Assembly: GCA_963664875.1 (NCBI GenBank)
Contig: OY761611.1
Coordinates: 320,001-384,000, forward strand
Direction: 5' to 3'
DNA from: Candidatus Kapaibacterium sp.
GTDB taxonomy: Bacteria; Bacteroidota; Ignavibacteria; Kapaibacteriales; UBA2268
Length of the DNA: 64,000 nt
The position numbers and the translations under genes are program-made. Below the pieces are notes generated by a model, which made no database searches, was not told the origin of the DNA, and saw only the letters and a list, made by a program, of their open reading frames with translations. Below, in pieces: positions 42,685 to 50,766 of the stretch; positions within the stretch are counted from its first letter, which is position 1; every line of letters begins with the position of its first letter.

Positions 42685-43293
42685 ATGAAAATTGGTATAT
42701 ATGGGGGAAGTTTTAATCCCATTCATAATGCACATATTCAAATGGCAAAATGTTTTTCAGAGCAAATGAAGCTCGACAAATGCATTTTTGTTCCTAATCG
42801 AATTTCTCCATTCAAAACAGAAGAAAATGTCATAGAATCGATATTTCGCCTTGAAATGGTAAATATTGCAGTAGAAGGATTTGATAAGTTTGAAGTCTCA
42901 GATTTTGAACTAACCAATTCGCAGGAAATATCATATACATACTTGACTCTTGAACATTATAGAAATATTTTCCCGAATGATGAGCTGTTTTTGCTAATCG
43001 GATTAGATAATGCTGTTAATTTTGACAAATGGAAAAATTGGGAGCTTATACTCAATTATGTTTCTCTTTGTATAGTTGATAGACCGGAGATAGCAGACAA
43101 GGAAGGGAAAGAGAAAATAATAAAGGCTCTCTCAAATAAATCGAAAGAGCCTCATTGGGTCAGTGCACCACTAATGGAGATTTCATCATCTATAATACGC
43201 TCTAAAGTTGCAAAAGGTTTCAAAATAAATGAGCTTGTTCCAAAAAAAGTTGAAGAATATATTTACAAGCATAATTTATATTCTAATATTTAG
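42685..43293 (+). CDS. nadD: nicotinate-nucleotide adenylyltransferase
   Basis: GGSFNPIHNAH, SPFK, SYTYLTL, ISSSIIR. Confidence 0.94.
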   Translation: MKIGIYGGSFNPIHNAHIQMAKCFSEQMKLDKCIFVPNRISPFKTEENVIESIFRLEMVNIAVEGFDKFEVSDFELTNSQEISYTYLTLEHYRNIFPNDELFLLIGLDNAVNFDKWKNWELILNYVSLCIVDRPEIADKEGKEKIIKALSNKSKEPHWVSAPLMEISSSIIRSKVAKGFKINELVPKKVEEYIYKHNLYSNI

Positions 43294-44197
43294 AAACATT
43301 GTAGTCCGCAAGACCGCCTTCAATATTGATAATTATTACAGCCGTGCCGGAATTATCAGATTTGGAGTAGTAATAATTACCTTTATCTTCAAACCCGTCA
43401 AAATTGAAAGAACTCAATGCAGAATTTGTAAATATTTTACAATTTGATTCTTTTGGAATGCTAATATTTATATCTGAGACTCCGCTTTTGATATTTACTG
43501 TACAAGAATCAGACTGATTACCTAACACCAAATCAAAATCAGAAGCTCCCATGTTTAGGTTTAATGTTTTGACTGGAATATTTTTCAAATCAAAATCAGC
43601 ATCACTTGCACCAATGTTAAAATGCAAATCCCATTCTGTTTTATTATCCAACAAAATTTTGGCTTCGTTCGTAAAATTCAAATCTTTTAACTCTGTAACC
43701 TGGTCATAAGAAAAGTCAATAACCAGAGCAGAATCACTATTCACTGAGCTATTGCATTTAGAAGATTCAGTATAGGTTTTTGCTTTGAAGTACTTATTTT
43801 CAGAATCGAAATCTGTTATTTCAAATGAGCCTGCTCCACCATTAAAGTTGAGTATTGCTTTCGAAATATCGGAATGCTTTTCAACAGAATAATAACTCTC
43901 AGTATTTACAGAAGATAATTTGTGTTCGACTTTTTCGGAAATTTCCTCGACAGCAGAAACACCTGAAGAGAAAATACGCATTACTATGAGTGCAAGGAAA
44001 ACAGCAGAAAATGATGCTAAAATTCTTTTCCACATCTCAGAGATGCTAAGCATAGAAATGCCAAATATTATCAAAAGTGCCGGCCAAAATAAGTTTGAGG
44101 ATATATTAGAAAAATCTACAAATCCAAAATTTGATAAAAGGACTGAGATGCCTAAACTAATAAAAAATACACCCCAAAAAAGAGAAGAGGTTTTCAT
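43283..44197 (-). CDS. LiaF/DUF5668-like membrane anchor with beta-repeat (toast-rack-like) extracytoplasmic domain
   Basis: FWGVFFISLG..LL, WPALLIIFG TM motif; repeated GASDxD beta units; downstream of pspC. Confidence 0.68.
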   Translation of the reverse strand: MKTSSLFWGVFFISLGISVLLSNFGFVDFSNISSNLFWPALLIIFGISMLSISEMWKRILASFSAVFLALIVMRIFSSGVSAVEEISEKVEHKLSSVNTESYYSVEKHSDISKAILNFNGGAGSFEITDFDSENKYFKAKTYTESSKCNSSVNSDSALVIDFSYDQVTELKDLNFTNEAKILLDNKTEWDLHFNIGASDADFDLKNIPVKTLNLNMGASDFDLVLGNQSDSCTVNIKSGVSDINISIPKESNCKIFTNSALSSFNFDGFEDKGNYYYSKSDNSGTAVIIINIEGGLADYNVSKY

Positions 44198-44589
44198 ATA
44201 TTTCGTTCCCCAATTTGATTTTCAGATTTGATGTTCTTATACAGTAGAGCTGTTCCCAGACCAAGAAGGATTAGTGCAAAATAAATTTGTGAATCGATAT
44301 CAGGAATTATATAGTCCAACAAAAACAAAACTCCTAAAGAAATGAGAATATACGCTAAAACATTTCTTGAATTGCGTGGAGTGCCTGAAATAACTTCTCT
44401 TCTGACTACAACTCCGTAATCAGCTACAATCCATAACAAAATATATGCAATTATGCCTAAACCACCTGTAAATACTGCAAGAATGAACACTATTCTCACG
44501 AGGACTACATCAATATTGAAATAGTCGGACAATCCGGAACAGACACCGGCAATCATTCTTTTCGGTCTGTTTCTAAAAAAACGTTCCAT
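44194..44589 (-). CDS. pspC: PspC domain membrane protein
   Basis: RMIAGVCSGLSDYFNID..LVR, AYILLWI. Confidence 0.85.
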   Translation of the reverse strand: MERFFRNRPKRMIAGVCSGLSDYFNIDVVLVRIVFILAVFTGGLGIIAYILLWIVADYGVVVRREVISGTPRNSRNVLAYILISLGVLFLLDYIIPDIDSQIYFALILLGLGTALLYKNIKSENQIGERNI

Positions 44590-44623
44590 TTTTTTGCCTC
44601 CAATAAGTAAGTTTAATAGTATA

Positions 44624-44648
44624 TACGGTATTATTGGAGTGGGGTTAC
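44624..44648 (-). promoter_or_regulatory. ECF sigma-factor promoter upstream of pspC
   Basis: Minus strand GTAAC-N16-CGTA, the typical AAC/CGT ECF layout. Confidence 0.55.
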
Positions 44649-44652
44649 TGAC

Positions 44653-47600
44653 TTATTTCAAAAATTTTACCATTGCACCATAATTTTTATCAACCTTAAA
44701 CCCAATTTTTTTAAGGAAATCTTGAATTTCGAAGTGCGTTTTTACAACTTCTATATCTTTTTGTTTCAGTCTCTCAAAAAATACTTCAAGCATACTGCTT
44801 CCAAGTCCTAAACCTTTTAGTTCCTGTACTATAACAGTACCGTCAAGAAATACAGTGTTTTTATCTATCTCTTTGAAGCTCAAACCACCAACTAATCTAT
44901 CATACTTGTCTTGCATCACATAGTATCTGTATCCTTCTCCGTATTTCATCGTGTAGTTTTCTTTATGGAATAATCTATAAAGTAAACCTATTTCAGAAGG
45001 TTTGAAAGTTTCATAAATGAAGTAATTATTCTTACCTGCATCTACAATTTTTGTCTTTATAGTATTGCCAAATATATTATCAGTATAGTCATAAGCTAAC
45101 TGTTTTGGTATCAATTGATAAGGAAATACCATTTTACTAAATACTAATTTGTCGTTTTTGTTAGTAAGATTAAATTGTAAGTCTGATAATTCATTTAGCT
45201 CTGTGACATCTGTATAATCTCTTAAGTCTATAATTTTCAACAGCCTGTCAAAGGCATTTCTTATTTCGATAGAATGATTTCGAAAATATGTGTGCCTGAA
45301 GAAGTAGTATCTATTGTAATCAGAAACCTGATTAAGTTCATATTTGTCAAAAAATGTAAAAATAGTATCTATAGTTGCTTCAGGGGTAGCTGCATCATTA
45401 AGGAATTGCCAGTTAATAAAATTGTCAATTGCATTTGATAATATCATTGGAATAAAGCACTTAGGATAATCTTTAAGATACTTTTTCAATTCGTAGAGTA
45501 ACTGATTTCTGCCATCAACAAAATCATATTTTTGAAAATCTGATTCAAGTTCTTTTAAGAAGTTAAGTCCCTCTTTTTCGCCTAATACTTCCATAATGGA
45601 ATCAAAAATCCAATTCAAATCGAGGTGACCGGAAATCCAAGAATAATGAGATATAGTCTTTTTATAGAAATTTTTATAAAATGGCAAAATCAGAGAAATA
45701 GGAGAAGAGTAATAGACCCAGCCGTTTAGCGATAGCAGTCTGCCGGCATCCATATAGTCTTTATTGGGTAATATTACATTAGACATTGAAATGAACCCCG
45801 GAATTATTTTTTTTCCGCTATTTCTCCAGCCCATCAAAATAGATTTCATTGAGTACACAAATATTTTTTGTAATTGTGATAAATCCGCCTTCTTGTCAGC
45901 AGATAAAATCTCATTAGACAAAATTCTGATATGTCCCCAAGCTGTCAACTCATCATGGTAAATAACTGATCTTATACTCAATTCAGGGCGGGCACAACCT
46001 AATTTTGGCAAGACTTTAGAACCATAAGGATAAGACGAGATTATCATCAGCCAAAAAACTGTTTCCAGATTCCTACGCGATTTTAAATTTTCGTTGATAA
46101 CTAATTGAAAATCAAAACGTTCTCCATTTTTAGTATTGACACACATCCTAAAAATATTATTCTCGTGTGTGTGTGTTATATTTGAAATCCATATACCATA
46201 CTCAGTTAAATCATCAAGACAAAATTCATGCTTATCAAAAGCAAGCATTACTGATTGCTTCAAAAAAGTCGTAGTTGTCAAAATAGAAAACAGCTGAGAT
46301 TTTGCTTTTTCGGGAACTCCATCGTCAAATGTAATTTTCTTTTTCCACTCATTTTTATCTTCTACTCGGAAAGCATTTTGGATTTTTTTCTCATAGTATT
46401 CCGAAACTTCAATAAAGTACTTATGAGCTATTTCAGATATTTTCTCATCGTCATCATGCATCATCCAATTTACCAATTCACTTCTGACCGGTTCGTAATA
46501 GTGTCCATATTTTTTTACAAATTGCACAAGCAACCTGAAAATATTCTCAAACTGTTTCACTAAAAGTCTATTTACCGGCCATTTGAGTTGAGTTCGATAA
46601 ATAAATAGCCTTTGTCTTAGGGTTTCTAATCTCCTTTTTTCAAATTTATGAGAGGTAATTTTAGCAATATATTCTTCATTGAGGAATGAAAAACCGGATT
46701 CCAAAAACGTGAAATACCCCGATGAGTGAAATGCGAAAGCATCATGAGTTAACAAAATCATATATGCTCGACACCTTATGTTTTCAATAGGGTGATACGC
46801 AAGTGATTCTAACCTAAGCTTGATGAGTTCTATTAAGTTAGAGTCTGTATTGCTTATTAGTAGCTCAATATTAGTAAGAGCAGTCTGATTGTCATTAGAT
46901 TTATCTGCAACAATCAAAGAATAATTTGCAATCAGCTCAGCAAGACCGGGAGATTTGAAGTTTTCGCTACTTGACTTACTGCTGTTTGATATAAGAGGTA
47001 GTTTTACTCTTTTATGGAAATATTTTAAATCAACTTCCCAAATTTCTTTGACAGGAGAAAAGTCTCGAAAAGGCTGATTCCCAGCCCAAAGCAATGGTTG
47101 TTTAGCAAGTATATCAAAATCTAAATTATTTGTTTCATGCGTGTAAATCAGATTTCCGATTTGATAACAATTTTCATCTGTTTTTCTGCAAATCAGCTCT
47201 CTGTTATTTACTCTGTCGTATATTGAGTTTTGACGTATGAGTATATCACTTTCTAAAATTCCGAGATCTCTGTAAAACCATCTTGGTATTCTTATATAAA
47301 AGCCCTGCATCTTAAGATCAACAAAGTTTCGTTCATAACATGAATCTATAAGTGATTGATAATTCTTTAGAATAAGCTTTCTATTTAAAGTCTGCTTGGC
47401 AGTAATTTCTCCATTCTTTGCGTTAAAATCTTGTTCAAGTATTTTGAAATTGACTATTCGCTCATATTTTGCAAGTGATTTATTAGCTACCATAATCAAC
47501 TTATGACAGTAGTCATGCAAATCTGATTTGGAGAGTCCGATTATTAGCTCGTCTTTAAAATCAGGAACAATAAAAAGAATATTATAAGGTTTTCCGTCGC

Positions 47601-49194
47601 CTACGAGAAACACTCTTTTGATGCCGGGCACACCTTCGAACTTGCTTTCTACATTTCTCGGAGCAACAGTTTGTCCTTTGTTGTTTTTATAAATATCTTT
47701 TACTCTGTCGATAATTTGGAAATGTCCTAATTTATCCTTGACAAAGATGTCACCAGTAGCAATATGGTAGTCATTTTCATTATTTTGAGGATACTCTATG
47801 ACAGATTCAGGAGGAGCATCTTCCAAATATTTCGCCACATAATGTCCGGATATTGACATTTCGCCATTATCTGCAAGTTTCGGATAAATACCGGGAAGAG
47901 CTATTCCTGTAGAGTTTGCTACGTATTCGCCGGGAGGAGTCATTGTAATTCCACCCGTGGCTTCGGTCATTCCAAATCCGCTGGATAGTTTAATATTATA
48001 TTTATTGAAAAACTTAAATACTTTTGGATCTAAATACCCGGCTGCAGATAGTCCCCATTTCAATTTTTTTCCAAGTACATTGCTTATTGCTTCTTCCGGA
48101 GCAATTCTATGTTTGTCCATCATTAACATTATGTTGTCATAAGCTTGCTGCCAACGCAAAGGAATACTTATGAATATTGTCGGGTTTACAGTTGGGAATA
48201 ATTTGAATAGAGTAGAGCCTGAAGGCGAACCTGTAAATGTATAAGTACCATTCCAATAGATGGTTCCCAAAAGTTCCAAATATCTGCCGAAAGTATGGAA
48301 TAACGGCAAGTATGAGAGCATCACTTCTTTATCACCGATAAAGGGAACAGAAGCACCTCTGGCAAATCTTTTAGAGACAAGGGAATAATTGCTGAAAGAG
48401 ATACCTTTGGGCTGACCGGTTGAGCCGGAAGTGAACATAACTGTTGACACTTCATTTGTATTGATAGATTCATATTTACTTATGCATTCTTCTATTTCAT
48501 CAAGTGTAAGTTCTGAAGTAGCAACAGATAAATTGAGACAATTAAATAGTTCAACGTTGGAAAAAACTTTTGTAGTAAATATTTCAAGATTATTATTAAT
48601 ATCTTTTCTCAACTCATCAAGTAGTTTCAGTCTTTCTAATTTGTCAGTTACGGCTATATCAATTTGAAGCGTTTTAAAGATAGAGAGCAATTCGGATTTT
48701 GACGAATTTATATTGATGGGAGTAACAAAGATTCCATGCATCAGGCAACTTAGATCAGTTAGGGCAGAGTACACACCATTATCACAAAATATTGCTACTC
48801 GTGGTCTTTTGCTTTTTTGTAAAAGTGCAGCGGCTATAGATCTGGTTAAATCATAAACTCTTTCATAAGAAAATTTTTGAGAAGGAGTAGCCCCCATATC
48901 CCTAAACAGAATAGCATCCTTATTTCTATATAAACGTTGCTTAAACATATCAAGCAACGAATAATTAGATTTTTGTATTAGTTCGAAAGCACGTTCAGCC
49001 AATAAATATCTATCTTCTATATTTTGAACGTATTTAAGAAATGTTACACGAAATACTAAATCGAGCAATTCAAAGATTATATCAGCATCTTTGCCATGAT
49101 ATTCGAAATAGAATCGTTTTATAGTTTCGAAATGTTTTTTTAAATAACCATCGTAGTTTTTTGCTTCTTTCAAAATATCTCTAATGTCAGGCAT
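44653..49194 (-). CDS. 1513-aa multidomain protein: AMP-forming long-chain acyl-CoA-synthetase-like domain, helical region, kinase-like fold, C-terminal GNAT
   Basis: FTSGSTGQPKG, YLPLFH, GFGMTE, TGD, IIDRVKD; C-terminal V..ELKGLGLGS..L and FLKKIGF GNAT motifs. Confidence 0.85.
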   Translation of the reverse strand: MPDIRDILKEAKNYDGYLKKHFETIKRFYFEYHGKDADIIFELLDLVFRVTFLKYVQNIEDRYLLAERAFELIQKSNYSLLDMFKQRLYRNKDAILFRDMGATPSQKFSYERVYDLTRSIAAALLQKSKRPRVAIFCDNGVYSALTDLSCLMHGIFVTPININSSKSELLSIFKTLQIDIAVTDKLERLKLLDELRKDINNNLEIFTTKVFSNVELFNCLNLSVATSELTLDEIEECISKYESINTNEVSTVMFTSGSTGQPKGISFSNYSLVSKRFARGASVPFIGDKEVMLSYLPLFHTFGRYLELLGTIYWNGTYTFTGSPSGSTLFKLFPTVNPTIFISIPLRWQQAYDNIMLMMDKHRIAPEEAISNVLGKKLKWGLSAAGYLDPKVFKFFNKYNIKLSSGFGMTEATGGITMTPPGEYVANSTGIALPGIYPKLADNGEMSISGHYVAKYLEDAPPESVIEYPQNNENDYHIATGDIFVKDKLGHFQIIDRVKDIYKNNKGQTVAPRNVESKFEGVPGIKRVFLVGDGKPYNILFIVPDFKDELIIGLSKSDLHDYCHKLIMVANKSLAKYERIVNFKILEQDFNAKNGEITAKQTLNRKLILKNYQSLIDSCYERNFVDLKMQGFYIRIPRWFYRDLGILESDILIRQNSIYDRVNNRELICRKTDENCYQIGNLIYTHETNNLDFDILAKQPLLWAGNQPFRDFSPVKEIWEVDLKYFHKRVKLPLISNSSKSSSENFKSPGLAELIANYSLIVADKSNDNQTALTNIELLISNTDSNLIELIKLRLESLAYHPIENIRCRAYMILLTHDAFAFHSSGYFTFLESGFSFLNEEYIAKITSHKFEKRRLETLRQRLFIYRTQLKWPVNRLLVKQFENIFRLLVQFVKKYGHYYEPVRSELVNWMMHDDDEKISEIAHKYFIEVSEYYEKKIQNAFRVEDKNEWKKKITFDDGVPEKAKSQLFSILTTTTFLKQSVMLAFDKHEFCLDDLTEYGIWISNITHTHENNIFRMCVNTKNGERFDFQLVINENLKSRRNLETVFWLMIISSYPYGSKVLPKLGCARPELSIRSVIYHDELTAWGHIRILSNEILSADKKADLSQLQKIFVYSMKSILMGWRNSGKKIIPGFISMSNVILPNKDYMDAGRLLSLNGWVYYSSPISLILPFYKNFYKKTISHYSWISGHLDLNWIFDSIMEVLGEKEGLNFLKELESDFQKYDFVDGRNQLLYELKKYLKDYPKCFIPMILSNAIDNFINWQFLNDAATPEATIDTIFTFFDKYELNQVSDYNRYYFFRHTYFRNHSIEIRNAFDRLLKIIDLRDYTDVTELNELSDLQFNLTNKNDKLVFSKMVFPYQLIPKQLAYDYTDNIFGNTIKTKIVDAGKNNYFIYETFKPSEIGLLYRLFHKENYTMKYGEGYRYYVMQDKYDRLVGGLSFKEIDKNTVFLDGTVIVQELKGLGLGSSMLEVFFERLKQKDIEVVKTHFEIQDFLKKIGFKVDKNYGAMVKFLK

Positions 49195-49343
49195 AAAAAA
49201 TTCCTATGGTAGTTAGGAAATAAATACTTAGATTATAATCGAGAAAAATGTCTCGATATAATTTACTAAGCAGTGTAAACTCTTATTGTAGATACTTATT
49301 TAGCCAGATAATATTGCTAAACAGTTTTACGATTGCAATATAA

Positions 49344-49351
49344 CAAAGCTA
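49344..49351 (-). promoter_or_regulatory. possible Bacteroidota-type -7 element (TAGCTTTG) for the 1513-aa gene
   Basis: CAAAGCTA on + strand, about 150 nt upstream of the ATG. Confidence 0.4.
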
Positions 49352-49461
49352 TTAAATATCATAAATAATAAAATAAAGACTTTTCTAATATCTCGCAAAC
49401 ACAGAAATTAAAAATGTCCTTATGGGCAATAAATAAAAATCATAAAAATAAAGGTAATGTT

Positions 49462-50724
49462 ATGCAAATTTCCGGATTGAGATACGGCTCTCGTTTGCTA
49501 AATCTGGTTGAATTTCCATACGCAGATTTTCTTACCGGTAGTTCTACTAAAGAAGAAATTCAATCTATGCTCGACAAAAACGGTAAGGTTGTTATCAAAC
49601 CTCAGTTTTCAGGTGGAGTAGGCAAAAAAGGTAAAGCCGGTCTTGTAAAAATAGTTGATAACATTCATGATGCTTTCAGAGCAAAAGAGCAACTTTACTT
49701 TGCTGAACATACACACGGAAATAAAACTATAAGAGCAAATGGCGTAACTTTCGAAGAGTTTATCCCTTCGGAAGTTGAGTTATATTTTTCAATAACTAAT
49801 TCCACTATAGAGAGAAAGCCAATTTTCACAATCACACCGAATGGTGGTGTTGATATAGAAGATTTGCCGGCAGAAAAGAAAAACGTTACTTGGATAGATC
49901 CTCTTATTGGTATCAAATCTTTTGATATTACAAATGCTCTAAATGATTTGAACTGTCCTTTGGAATTTATTTCTCCTTTGGTACAATATCTACCAAAATT
50001 ATGGGATTTGTACAGCAATTATGGTGTATCTACACTTGAAATAAATCCTATAAGAATGAAAAGGGTCGGATCCTCATATGTTCCTGTTGCGTGCGACCTC
50101 AAAGTTGCATTCGATCAAGATAGCCCTGATTGGAAACGCGTCGAACTTCCAATGTCAATTTTTCAATCAGAAACTACTGAATTCGAATCTGAAATCAATA
50201 AATTGAGAACATATCAAGGGCAGAGCGACGTTGTTGAGCTTAATGCCAATGGTTCTATTATTCCGTTTATGTTTGGTGGTGGTGCTAACTCCGCTGCTAC
50301 TGAAACTTTAGGCAGCCGTGCAATTTTCGCTTCAGATTTTGGTGGCAACCCACCTTATGAAAAAATGTATGAAATATCTAAAATCGTCTTCAAGCACTGG
50401 TTAGACAAAGCTAACACACTTTTGCTAATCGGAGGGAAGGCAAACAACACTGATATTTATGTAACATTCAAAGGCATTTTTGATGCACTCAGAGACCATA
50501 TTGCAGAGCATGGCAATAAGCCAATTTACACTGTAATTGGAAGAGGTGGTCCAAACCTTATACAAGGTATGTATTACGGTAAAGATATTTTAGATACTAT
50601 GAAATTGCCTTATAAAATGTTCGGGTTTGATTCTTCTATGATACAGACTTTAGAATATGCCAAACGTATTGACGAATGGTGGGGCAAAGAAGGCAAGGCA
50701 GATTACATAAAAAAACATATGTAA
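49462..50724 (+). CDS. aclB: ATP-citrate lyase beta subunit-like (ATP-grasp plus citrate-binding domain)
   Basis: VVIKP..GGVGKKGKAGLV, GGVDIE, LEINP, FGGGANS, FGGNPP, GGKANNT, GRGGPN; start at ATG 49462. Confidence 0.78.
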   Translation: MQISGLRYGSRLLNLVEFPYADFLTGSSTKEEIQSMLDKNGKVVIKPQFSGGVGKKGKAGLVKIVDNIHDAFRAKEQLYFAEHTHGNKTIRANGVTFEEFIPSEVELYFSITNSTIERKPIFTITPNGGVDIEDLPAEKKNVTWIDPLIGIKSFDITNALNDLNCPLEFISPLVQYLPKLWDLYSNYGVSTLEINPIRMKRVGSSYVPVACDLKVAFDQDSPDWKRVELPMSIFQSETTEFESEINKLRTYQGQSDVVELNANGSIIPFMFGGGANSAATETLGSRAIFASDFGGNPPYEKMYEISKIVFKHWLDKANTLLLIGGKANNTDIYVTFKGIFDALRDHIAEHGNKPIYTVIGRGGPNLIQGMYYGKDILDTMKLPYKMFGFDSSMIQTLEYAKRIDEWWGKEGKADYIKKHM

Positions 50725-50766
50725 TCTATAATTTTTAGTATTAGAAATTAAATAACGGAATAAACC

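Noticed and set aside
43283-43293. Convergent stop-codon overlaps (nadD/liaF-like; also 58301-58309)
   Set aside because: Short tail-to-tail overlaps are common in compact genomes and imply nothing further
44653-49194. NRPS or carboxylic acid reductase
   Set aside because: No phosphopantetheine attachment motif, condensation domain or reductase Rossmann motif seen
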